Below the pieces are notes generated by a model, which did no database searches, had not been told where the DNA came from, and saw only the letters and a program-made list of their open reading frames with translations. Positions 44,407 through 52,719 of a stretch of 64,000 bases of DNA are shown one piece after another. Source of the stretch: Magnetospiraceae bacterium (lineage in GTDB: Bacteria > Pseudomonadota > Alphaproteobacteria > Rhodospirillales > JBMYUJ01); the NCBI GenBank assembly GCA_049605255.1, contig JBMYUJ010000003.1, forward strand, positions 5,063-69,062, in the 5' to 3' direction. The translations under genes and the position numbers were made by a program. Every line of letters begins with the position of its first letter. The first letter of the stretch is position 1.

Positions 44407-44632
44407 GCATCCTTCAGTTTTACCGCGAAATTCCTAGCGCCAGGATACCTTAAAGTTTCGACAAGTAAAAACTGTTAAATTGCTGATTTCTATATTAATA
44501 ATCTAACAATAATACTGTCGATCAAGCGCAGTCCCGGCGGGTTCCCCGCTATAATTGTCGGAGAAGCCATTTTTTCAGTCCCTTCAAGGTGATACGGCTT
44601 GACGGGTGGCTGGACCCAATCCTGGAGGTGAC

Positions 44633-46282
44633 GTGGAATCTCTTCTCCTTTCCATCGAATATAGTGATCCGCTGTGGCTCGCTATCGCGTTTCTTTGCGG
44701 GTTGCTGTCGCGGCAAGTGGGTCTGCCGCCGCTGGTAGGCTATCTGGTGGCCGGATTCGTCTTGCATGGCATGGGGGCCGAGGGCGGTGACTTTCTGGGA
44801 GCGGTGGCGGATCTGGGCGTAACCCTGTTGCTCTTTACGATTGGCCTGAAGCTGAAGCTGACCAGCCTGCTGCGGCCAGAGATTTGGGCCGTCGCCTCCA
44901 TCCACATGGTGGTCTCCATCATTGTCGCCTTTGCCCTGTTGATGGGGCTGAGCCTGACCGGATTGTGGCTGTTTGGCGGGTTGGGAGCCACGGAGGCCGC
45001 GCTCATCGCCTTTGCCTTAAGTTTCTCCAGCACGGTGTTTGCGGTGAAAGTGCTGGAGGACAAAGGTGCGACCATCTCCAAATTTGGGCGCACCGCCATC
45101 GGCGTACTGATTATTCAAGACATCGTCGCGGTGATTTTCCTCGCCATCTCCAGTGGGAAGGTGCCATCCCCGTTGGCCGTGGGGTTGATTCTGCTAATCC
45201 CGCTTCGCCCGGTGTTTTTAATGATGCTGCGACGAACCGGCCACGGTGAACTGCTGACCCTGTTTGGCCTGCTACTGGCCCTGGGGGGCGCCAGTATTTT
45301 CGAGGTGGTGGGCATGAAGGGGGACCTGGGCGCCTTGGTGCTTGGCATTTTGCTGTCGGGGCACAAAAAGACCAACGAACTCGCCCGGTCCTTGTTGGAT
45401 TTCAAGGATCTGTTTTTGGTCGGGTTTTTTCTCAGCATCGGGCTCACGGGGATCCCCGATTGGGAGGCGGTGTTCACCGCCGTGATTCTCGTGCTGTTGA
45501 TCCCGGTCAAGGTGGTTCTCTATGTCGGGCTTTTCCTGCGCTACAAAATGCGCGCCGGGGCGGCATATCTCGCGTCGCTCAGCCTTGCCAACTACAGCGA
45601 ATTTGGTTTGATCGTGGGGGCCATCGCCGCCAGCGCGGGTTGGATTGCATCAGATTGGCTGGTGGCGTTTGCCATTGCCTTATCGTTCTCATTTGTCTTC
45701 GCATCTGTGCTTAATCGGCTTGGTGATACCATGTTCGATAGGGTTAAGACCCGCATTGCCCAATACGAAAGCGAGCAGCGCCTGCCAGGCGACGGCGAAA
45801 TCTATCTGTCCGGGGTCAAGGTGCTGATATTCGGCATGGGCCGGGTGGGGGCGGGTGCTTATGACACCCTCACACCGATTTATGGCGAATCGGTTCTCGG
45901 CGTGGATATGGACGAACGCCGGGGCGATATGCACAATCCAGAAACTCGCCGGGTGCTGCAAGGGGATGCGACCAACAGCGAGTTTTGGCAGCGTCTCAAT
46001 ATGCCGCACGATGCCATTGAAATGATCCTCCTCGCCTTGCCGACCCACGAGGCGAACCTGATGGCCATCACCACCATTCGGGGTCGGGGATATGACGGAT
46101 TTGTCGCCGCGGTGTCGAAATATGACGACCAAGGTAAAATCTTGAGGGAAAACGGGGTGGATGAGGTGGTGAACCTCTATGCGGAAGCGGGATCCGGCTT
46201 CGCGGAACATGCGCGCCTTAGTTTTCTGGGTGAGGCAAGCCCGCTCGACAAACCGGCACCCGAGGAAACCGACGGGGACTGA
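44633..46282 (+). CDS. Kef-type cation:proton antiporter with C-terminal TrkA-N/RCK domain
   Basis: The product has a Na+/H+-exchanger membrane domain (GLPPLVGYLVAGFVLHG) and a VLIFGMGRVGAGAY Rossmann motif. I chose the GTG at 44633 because it follows GGAGG; the ORF-track start is 44606. Confidence 0.8.
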   Translation: MESLLLSIEYSDPLWLAIAFLCGLLSRQVGLPPLVGYLVAGFVLHGMGAEGGDFLGAVADLGVTLLLFTIGLKLKLTSLLRPEIWAVASIHMVVSIIVAFALLMGLSLTGLWLFGGLGATEAALIAFALSFSSTVFAVKVLEDKGATISKFGRTAIGVLIIQDIVAVIFLAISSGKVPSPLAVGLILLIPLRPVFLMMLRRTGHGELLTLFGLLLALGGASIFEVVGMKGDLGALVLGILLSGHKKTNELARSLLDFKDLFLVGFFLSIGLTGIPDWEAVFTAVILVLLIPVKVVLYVGLFLRYKMRAGAAYLASLSLANYSEFGLIVGAIAASAGWIASDWLVAFAIALSFSFVFASVLNRLGDTMFDRVKTRIAQYESEQRLPGDGEIYLSGVKVLIFGMGRVGAGAYDTLTPIYGESVLGVDMDERRGDMHNPETRRVLQGDATNSEFWQRLNMPHDAIEMILLALPTHEANLMAITTIRGRGYDGFVAAVSKYDDQGKILRENGVDEVVNLYAEAGSGFAEHARLSFLGEASPLDKPAPEETDGD

Positions 46283-46291
46283 GCGCGGGCT

Positions 46292-47353
46292 TTATCGGGA
46301 AGTCAGAAACGCCGCAAAAAGATCGCGCACGACCTGTTCACCCAGATCGCGGGTGATGAAGACCAGGCGGCTGCGCCGGTCGGAATCCGGCCAGGCCTCT
46401 AGGGCGACGGGTTGGTGAAACACATGCTGCACTCCATGCAAGGCTACGGGGCGGTCTTCCCCCGCGATATTCAAAATGCCTTTCACCCGCAGCAGGCTGG
46501 TGCCATGGGTCGCCATCAACATGCCCATGGCTTCGCCTAAGGAAGGCCAGTCCAACGGCGCCTCCCAGGTGAGGACGAAGGAGGCGATGCGCGAATCATG
46601 GGCATGGTGATGATGATGCCCCGGGTCTTCGTGTGGGGCCGCCACCTGGCCTAGCCAGCGGTTGAGATCGGGGGTTCTGTCTCGCCCGTTGAACAGGCCG
46701 CAATCGAAGATTTGTGCCGGGTCCACCACGCCGTTGTCGATGCATAGCAAATCCGCCCCGGGGTTCAGGGCCCGCAGTCGGTCGGCGAGCGGGGGCACAT
46801 TCCCTGCTTCGGCCATGTCGGTTTTGGTGATCAGCAAGCGGTCGGCCAGGGCCACCTGCTTGACCGATTCCGCATGTTGGTCGAGGGTTTGCCCACCGAC
46901 CAGGGCATCCACGGTGGTGACGATCCCATCCAACCGGTACCGCGCCGCCAGCAGGGGCTCGGCCACCAGGGTGTGGATCAGGGGTGCGGGATCGGCGAGC
47001 CCGGTGGTCTCTATAATCAACCGCTTGAATTCTGGGATGTCTACCTTGATCCGTTTCAGAAACAAATCCCGCAACGCGGTCACCATGTCCCCCCGAACCG
47101 AACAGCAGATGCAGCCCGATTCCAAGACCATAACCTCTTCGTCCACCGCGCGGACCAGCAGATGATCCAGCGCCACCGATCCGAATTCGTTAATCAAAAC
47201 GGCGGTCTCGCCCAGGTCCGGTAAGCCCAACAGGTGATTGAGCACGGTGGTCTTGCCGCTGCCCAGAAAGCCGGTCAGAAGGGTGACCGGGATGGCCTGG
47301 GCCGCCTCGGTGGCCAGATCCCGCGACCCAGATGCCATCGTTTCAGGTGCCAT
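46292..47353 (-). CDS. COG0523/CobW-family metallochaperone GTPase (zinc-type)
   Basis: The product has the P-loop GFLGSGKTT, the metal motif GCICCS, and a His-rich stretch HEDPGHHHHHAHD between the GTPase and C-terminal domains. It overlaps hisI by 11 nt. Confidence 0.85.
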   Translation of the reverse strand: MAPETMASGSRDLATEAAQAIPVTLLTGFLGSGKTTVLNHLLGLPDLGETAVLINEFGSVALDHLLVRAVDEEVMVLESGCICCSVRGDMVTALRDLFLKRIKVDIPEFKRLIIETTGLADPAPLIHTLVAEPLLAARYRLDGIVTTVDALVGGQTLDQHAESVKQVALADRLLITKTDMAEAGNVPPLADRLRALNPGADLLCIDNGVVDPAQIFDCGLFNGRDRTPDLNRWLGQVAAPHEDPGHHHHHAHDSRIASFVLTWEAPLDWPSLGEAMGMLMATHGTSLLRVKGILNIAGEDRPVALHGVQHVFHQPVALEAWPDSDRRSRLVFITRDLGEQVVRDLFAAFLTSR

Positions 47354-47750
47354 ATAGATCGCCGGGATCGATTTCCACCTCAGCGATTTGGGTGATCTCG
47401 CCGTCTCGGATTGCGTTGAAAAAGCAGGTCCGCCGCCCGGTGTGGCAGGCCACGCCTTTCTGGTCGACCACTAACAGCAGGGTATCGCCATCGCAATCCC
47501 AGCGGAAGTCGACGAGATGCTGCTCCTGGCCGGAGCTTTCCCCCTTGCGCCAGAGCTTTCCGCGCGACCGTGACCAATAGCAAACCCGCCCGGTGGTCAG
47601 GGTCTCGGTGATGGAGGCCGCATTCATCCAGGCCATCATCAGGATTTCCCCCGTGCCCTCTTGCTGGGCGATGGCGGGGATCAGCCCCTCGGTCGTGAAG
47701 GAGAGGCTGGCAAGGAGGTTTTGGATGGTCTCTGGGGTTTCGCTACGCAT
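47343..47750 (-). CDS. hisI: Phosphoribosyl-AMP cyclohydrolase
   Basis: The 135-aa product has GLIPAIAQ, MMAWMN, YWSRSR..LW.KGE.SG and D.DGD.LL..V...G.ACHTG..(S/T)CF. Confidence 0.9.
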   Translation of the reverse strand: MRSETPETIQNLLASLSFTTEGLIPAIAQQEGTGEILMMAWMNAASITETLTTGRVCYWSRSRGKLWRKGESSGQEQHLVDFRWDCDGDTLLLVVDQKGVACHTGRRTCFFNAIRDGEITQIAEVEIDPGDLYGT

Positions 47751-47780
47751 GGGCCTTAGATCGTCCTAATAGGGGCTATG

Positions 47781-48719
47781 TCAACTTTTCGCGGCGGCTT
47801 TCAGGCAGGTGGCGATAGCGGCGAGGTTCGCCTCCAGAAGTTGCTCGTAAAGCGCCGCCCCGGGGGCAATGTCGATACCCAGGGGATCAATGGTGGCGAA
47901 GGAGGCCCCCACTTCCGCCGCCAGGGCACGCAGGCTCTCCCCCTGTTTCTTGAATTGCGGCTCGGCCAAAATGCAGACGGACGGGTTCTTCCCGATGGCC
48001 GCGCGCAGGGCGCTCAGCCGCCGTGCGCTGGCTGGTACATCGGGGTTTACCGTCACCGTACCCAGGCTGCGCAGCCCCAACGCCACTTCGAAATATTGGA
48101 AACCGTCATGGAAGGTGAGCACCGGAACGGCGTCGGTTGCGCGGCCGCCAAGCTGCGCTTCCAGCCGTTGCTTTGCGTTAATATTCCGCATTTTTTCCGC
48201 AAAGCCAGCGGCATTGGCCTGGTAGTGGGTCGCGTTCGCGGGATCACGCGCGGCCAACTGCACCGCCATCCCTTCGGCAATGACGGCGGCATTTTCCGGG
48301 TGCAGCCACACATGGGGGTCAACGGCCGCTTCTGCCGCGTCGTGGTCATGTACACCGGCCTCGCGCCAGGGCAGGGTGATCAGGCCGGGTAGGTCGAGAA
48401 TGGTGACCAAGGCCTTACGTTCGGTAAAATCCTGAGTGCGCCCGTTCAAGAAGGTTTCCAGCCCCGGGCCGATCCATAACAGCAGGTCTGCTTGCGCGAG
48501 GGCGCGGGCCTGGGAAGGGCGCAAGGTGAGGCCATGAGGCGATTGATTGCCGTCCAAAAGCAAGGCCGGTTCATCGACCCCCGCCATCACCGTGGCGGCG
48601 ATAGCATGCAGGGGTTTCAGAGTCGCCAAAACCTTGGGGGACTCAGCAGCCGCCTGACTGGCGCCCCAAAGGCACAGGAGTAGGGTTAGAGAAAGTTGAC
48701 GCCGCCACCGCGCTGCCAT
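47781..48719 (-). CDS. znuA: Zinc ABC transporter substrate-binding protein
   Basis: The product has a signal peptide and a cluster-A-I SBP fold (VLATLKPLH, DPHVWL). An acidic/His loop (HDHDAAEAAVDPH) is also present. Confidence 0.85.
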   Translation of the reverse strand: MAARWRRQLSLTLLLCLWGASQAAAESPKVLATLKPLHAIAATVMAGVDEPALLLDGNQSPHGLTLRPSQARALAQADLLLWIGPGLETFLNGRTQDFTERKALVTILDLPGLITLPWREAGVHDHDAAEAAVDPHVWLHPENAAVIAEGMAVQLAARDPANATHYQANAAGFAEKMRNINAKQRLEAQLGGRATDAVPVLTFHDGFQYFEVALGLRSLGTVTVNPDVPASARRLSALRAAIGKNPSVCILAEPQFKKQGESLRALAAEVGASFATIDPLGIDIAPGAALYEQLLEANLAAIATCLKAAAKS

Positions 48720-48723
48720 GATA

Positions 48724-48754
48724 AGGGTCCTTCGTTTCGTGAGCGAAGGACCCT
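48724..48754. promoter_or_regulatory. Perfect 11-bp inverted repeat at the znuA translation start / znuA-znuC divergent region
   Basis: The sequence is AGGGTCCTTCG-N9-CGAAGGACCCT. On the minus strand the 3' arm contains AAGGA about 9 nt before the znuA ATG. It could be either an operator or an RBS-sequestering hairpin. Confidence 0.4.
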
Positions 48755-48808
48755 AGTATACTTCACCGCACCGGTCTACCGGCCCATGAACAGAATGAAA
48801 GAAGAGGC

Positions 48809-49603
48809 ATGAAACTCCCAACCGCGGCGCCCCCCTTGGCCAACGTTGAACCCGTCCTCCAGCTGGAGAATGTGACGCTGGCGCGCGGTGGGCATGCCAT
48901 CCTGAAGGGCGTCAGCCTGGAGGTTTTCGTCGGCGGGATCGTCACCCTGATCGGGCCCAATGGGGCCGGCAAGACCACCTTGGTGCGGGTAGCGTTGGGG
49001 TTGATCGAACCGGATTCCGGGGTCATTCGGCGTCAAGCGGGGGTTCGGGTCGGCTACATGCCGCAGAAGATCGCCATCGATGCCTCATTGCCGCTGACGG
49101 TGAAGCGTTTTTTGGGGTTGGGCGGCTGGCGACTGGGTAAGCGTATTCCGGCCATCCTGGAGGAGGTGGGCGTGCCCCATCTGGCAAACTCTGACATGGC
49201 GTCTCTTTCAGGTGGTGAGATGCAGCGGGTCCTCATGGCCCGTGCGTTGCTGCGAGACCCAACGTTGCTGATCTTGGACGAACCGGATCAGGGCTTGGAT
49301 ATCGCCGGTCAGGCGCATCTGTATGACTTGATCGCCGAGGTGCGGGAAAAGCGGGGCTGTGCGGTACTGATGATCTCCCACGATCTGCACATGGTGATGG
49401 CGGCGACAGACCATGTGATCTGCCTCAACCAGCATGTGTGCTGCGCCGGACATCCGGAAACCGTGCGCACGGACCCGTCCTTTGTGGAGATGTTTGGTGA
49501 TCAGGTCGCCCATTCCCTTGCGGTCTATCACCATGATCACGACCATGATCATGATGTAACCGGCAACGTGGTGCCGCCGGAGGATCACCACCACCATGGA
49601 TGA
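48809..49603 (+). CDS. znuC: Zinc ABC transporter ATP-binding protein
   Basis: The product has Walker A GPNGAGKTT, signature LSGGEMQR and Walker B LLILDEP. It has a C-terminal His/Asp-rich tail (HHDHDHDHD...EDHHHHG). Confidence 0.9.
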   Translation: MKLPTAAPPLANVEPVLQLENVTLARGGHAILKGVSLEVFVGGIVTLIGPNGAGKTTLVRVALGLIEPDSGVIRRQAGVRVGYMPQKIAIDASLPLTVKRFLGLGGWRLGKRIPAILEEVGVPHLANSDMASLSGGEMQRVLMARALLRDPTLLILDEPDQGLDIAGQAHLYDLIAEVREKRGCAVLMISHDLHMVMAATDHVICLNQHVCCAGHPETVRTDPSFVEMFGDQVAHSLAVYHHDHDHDHDVTGNVVPPEDHHHHG

Positions 49604-50390
49604 TTTTCTGCTTCGGGCCTTGGCGGCCGGGCTGGTGATTGCCCTGGCGGCGGCCCCGCTGGGCTGTTTCATGGTCTGGCGCCGTATGGCGTATTTCGGC
49701 GATACGCTGGCCCATTCGGCCTTGCTGGGGGTTGCCCTGGGGGCCATTGCCGGTCTCGCCCCACTGGCGGGGGTGCTGGTGGTGAGTCTGGCGGTGGCGA
49801 GCCTCCTGGCGGTGTTGCAGCGGCGGCGCCTGCTGCCCTTGGCCGCCGATACGCTTTTGGGGATTCTGTCCCATGGTGCTTTGGCCCTGGGGCTTGTCGC
49901 TGTCTCCGTGAGCGGCGGCGGGCAGGGCGATCTGATGGGCTATCTATTCGGCGATATCCTTGCTGTTTCTGCAGATGACCTCGTGATCCTCAGTCTGGGG
50001 GGCGCGTGCCTTCTCGGTGTGGTGGCCTTGTTGTGGCGACCGCTTCTCTCCATCACCGCCAGCGAGGATTTGGCACGGGTGGATGGGGTGCCCGTTGGGT
50101 TGGTGCGGTTTTTGTTCATGGCGCTGGTTGCGGTCGCCGTCGCCGGGGCCATGAAAGCCGTTGGCGTGTTGCTGGTTACCGCCTTGCTGATCATCCCGGC
50201 GGCGACAGCCCGGCCCTTGTCGCGTTCCCCAGAAGGCATGGCCCTGCGGGGCGCCCTGGTGGGCATGGCTTCTGTCATCGGAGGCTTGGGCGCGTCGTTT
50301 CTCATCGACGTGCCCACCGGCCCGATGATCGTGGTGATGTCGTTGATCGCCTTCGTGATCGTGGATTTTATGCCGCGGAAAAGCCGCTAA
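49596..50390 (+). CDS. znuB: Zinc ABC transporter permease
   Basis: The 264-aa polytopic ABC-3 family permease overlaps znuC by 8 nt. Confidence 0.9.
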   Translation: MDDFLLRALAAGLVIALAAAPLGCFMVWRRMAYFGDTLAHSALLGVALGAIAGLAPLAGVLVVSLAVASLLAVLQRRRLLPLAADTLLGILSHGALALGLVAVSVSGGGQGDLMGYLFGDILAVSADDLVILSLGGACLLGVVALLWRPLLSITASEDLARVDGVPVGLVRFLFMALVAVAVAGAMKAVGVLLVTALLIIPAATARPLSRSPEGMALRGALVGMASVIGGLGASFLIDVPTGPMIVVMSLIAFVIVDFMPRKSR

Positions 50391-51553
50391 CCGATCGCCG
50401 CCATCTGGTTAAACCCTTTTTCCAGATCCGCGATCAGGTCGAGCGGGTCTTCCAAGCCCACATAGAAGCGGACAACCTGCCCCGCTTCGGTCCAGGGCAC
50501 GGCGGTGCGGACTTTGCGGGGATTCGGGTGGGAGACGAGACTCTCGAAACCGCCCCAACTTTCCCCGATGCCGAAAAATTCCAGCGCATCCACCAGGGCA
50601 TCCACCGCTTCTTGCCGGGTATCATGCAGCACCACGGCGAACAGGCCCGTACTGCCGGTGAAATCCCGTTTCCAATAGTCATGGCCGGGGCAATCGGCGA
50701 AAGCCGGATGCAGCAGCCGTTTGACCTCCGGTCGGGTGCGCAGCCAGCCGGCGACGGTAAGGGCGCTTTCCTGGTGGCGTTCCAGCCGGATGCCCAGGGT
50801 GCGCAAGCCCCGTTGCGCCAGATAACAATCATCGGGGGCGACGGAATAGCCGAAATCGATCTGCGTCCGCTTGATCTTTCGGTGCAGAGCCGCATCCATG
50901 CAGATGGTGCCCATCATCACGTCCGAATGGCCGGACAGATATTTGGTGGCCGCCTGGACCGAGATATCCACGCCAAAGCCTTTGGCGGCGAAATAGACCC
51001 CACCGCTCCAGGTGTTATCCATCATCACCTTGGCGCCATGGGCATGGGCGGCGGCGATGATTGCCGGGCTATCAGGCACTTCGAAGGTCAAAGACCCGGG
51101 CGCTTCCAAGACCACCATCCGGGTTTTCGGGGTCATCAGGGCGGCGATACCGCCCCCTATACTCTGATCGTAGTAGGTCGTTTCGATGCCGAACCGGGCA
51201 AGGTAGTTGTTACAGAACCGCCGGGTCGGGCCATAGCTATTATCGGGCACCAGAACATGATCGCCCGCGCTCAGTAGCGCCAGAAGGGGCACGGCGATGG
51301 CGCCGATGCCCGTGGGCACCGCCACGCAGCGGTCATAGCCTTCCAGCGCCGCCACCGCGTCTTCGAAGGCGAACGTGGTGGGCGTGCCGAAATGGCCATA
51401 ATAGACCCCTTCCAGGGGGGTTTTATCCCCGTCCCGGAATGATTCCAGAGAGCCCTTGAGAATGGTCGAGGCATGATAAACCGGCGGGTTCACCACCCCA
51501 TGGTGATCGAGTGGTGACCGGCCCGCCTTGACGATGCGGGTATCCCGTTTCAT
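50387..51553 (-). CDS. metC: Cystathionine beta-lyase (Cys/Met-metabolism PLP enzyme)
   Basis: The ATG at 51553 gives MKRDTRIVKAGR. The product has DNTW and SVQAATKYLSGHSD (PLP lysine) and appears collinear with E. coli MetC. The upstream 53 codons of the ORF are unlikely to be coding. Confidence 0.85.
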   Translation of the reverse strand: MKRDTRIVKAGRSPLDHHGVVNPPVYHASTILKGSLESFRDGDKTPLEGVYYGHFGTPTTFAFEDAVAALEGYDRCVAVPTGIGAIAVPLLALLSAGDHVLVPDNSYGPTRRFCNNYLARFGIETTYYDQSIGGGIAALMTPKTRMVVLEAPGSLTFEVPDSPAIIAAAHAHGAKVMMDNTWSGGVYFAAKGFGVDISVQAATKYLSGHSDVMMGTICMDAALHRKIKRTQIDFGYSVAPDDCYLAQRGLRTLGIRLERHQESALTVAGWLRTRPEVKRLLHPAFADCPGHDYWKRDFTGSTGLFAVVLHDTRQEAVDALVDALEFFGIGESWGGFESLVSHPNPRKVRTAVPWTEAGQVVRFYVGLEDPLDLIADLEKGFNQMAAIG

Positions 51554-51567
51554 GGCGGGGCCTGGCC

Positions 51568-51813
51568 TCAGGCGTTGCGCAGATGGACGCCCTGCTGTTC
51601 GAGCTGATGCGCTTCCCGGTTCTTGGTGTTCAAGACTTCCTTGGCCGCTTCCAGACCGGCTTTTTCGATAGCGTCTGCATCGGAGGCGGCATCCTGCGCA
51701 ACCTGGAACCATTGGTCGATGGCATCGCCGGTGGCTTGAATGTTGCTCACCCGGACGATTTTTTCCATGGCGGTCAGGCGGGCGTTGATCCGTTGCAGGT
51801 CGGTGTCGTTCAT
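51568..51813 (-). CDS. Small helical hypothetical protein (81 aa)
   Basis: The ORF lies between sseA and metC on the same strand, and the ATG at 51813 is preferred over the TTG at 51828. I recognise no family, so coding status is inferred only from position and ORF length. Confidence 0.4.
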   Translation of the reverse strand: MNDTDLQRINARLTAMEKIVRVSNIQATGDAIDQWFQVAQDAASDADAIEKAGLEAAKEVLNTKNREAHQLEQQGVHLRNA

Positions 51814-51847
51814 TGTTCTCGTTCCCAAATTTTATCCGTTGAAGCGA

Positions 51848-52711
51848 TTAATCTTCGACGGGCCGGTTGGGGTCTGATCCCCATTCGGCCCAAGAGCCGT
51901 CGTAGACGGCGACCCTGTCGTAACCTAGAAGAAAAGCGGCGAAAGTGGGCACGCATGCGGTAACGCCGGTCCCGCAAGAAGCGATCATGGGCTGATCTAG
52001 CTGCAACCCGGCCTCCTCGAAGGCCGCGCGGATCTGGCCCGCATCCTTAACCGTGAAGCTGCCGCTCATATCGATCAATTTCCCGAAGGGCAGGTTGACG
52101 CTGCCCGGGACCCGACCCCGGCGGGGTGAGGGGCGCGGTTCCGGTTCGGTCCCGGCGAAGCGACCGGGCGAGCGGGCATCCACAAATGTTTCCGCTGCGG
52201 AAAGGATGTTCTTGGCCACCTGATCCGCCGAGCGGACCATTCCCATATCCGGCGGGGCGGCGGTGAACGTGGTGGGGGTGGGATTGGCGGGGCCGGATTC
52301 CATAGGCCGGTTTTCCACCAACCATTTCGGCAGGCCACCATTCAACACGGAAACTTTTTCATGACCGAACAGACGAAACGTCCACCACACCCGCATGGCG
52401 GCGGAAAACCCGCCGACGCTGTCGTAGACGATCACATGATCTTCATTGCCGATCCCCATGGCGCCCACTTTCTCGGCGAACAAGTCGTCGGTGGGGATCA
52501 TATGCGGCAGCGTGGTCTCCTGGTCGCAGACCGTATCGATATCGAAATGCATCGCGCCGGGGATATGCTGTTCCTCATACTCCTTGAACTGATCCCGGGG
52601 ATTGGTGGGCAAAAACCAGGTGCCGTCGAGGATCTTGACCCCGGGTGCCCCCAGATTTTCTTGCAGCCAGTCGGTTTCCACCAAGGCGTGACCATTGGGA
52701 TAAATGCTCAT
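51848..52711 (-). CDS. sseA: 3-mercaptopyruvate sulfurtransferase (tandem rhodanese)
   Basis: The 287-aa product has two rhodanese domains, and the active-site loop CGTGVTA is of the 3-MST type. Confidence 0.85.
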   Translation of the reverse strand: MSIYPNGHALVETDWLQENLGAPGVKILDGTWFLPTNPRDQFKEYEEQHIPGAMHFDIDTVCDQETTLPHMIPTDDLFAEKVGAMGIGNEDHVIVYDSVGGFSAAMRVWWTFRLFGHEKVSVLNGGLPKWLVENRPMESGPANPTPTTFTAAPPDMGMVRSADQVAKNILSAAETFVDARSPGRFAGTEPEPRPSPRRGRVPGSVNLPFGKLIDMSGSFTVKDAGQIRAAFEEAGLQLDQPMIASCGTGVTACVPTFAAFLLGYDRVAVYDGSWAEWGSDPNRPVED

Positions 52712-52719
52712 GGGGTGAC

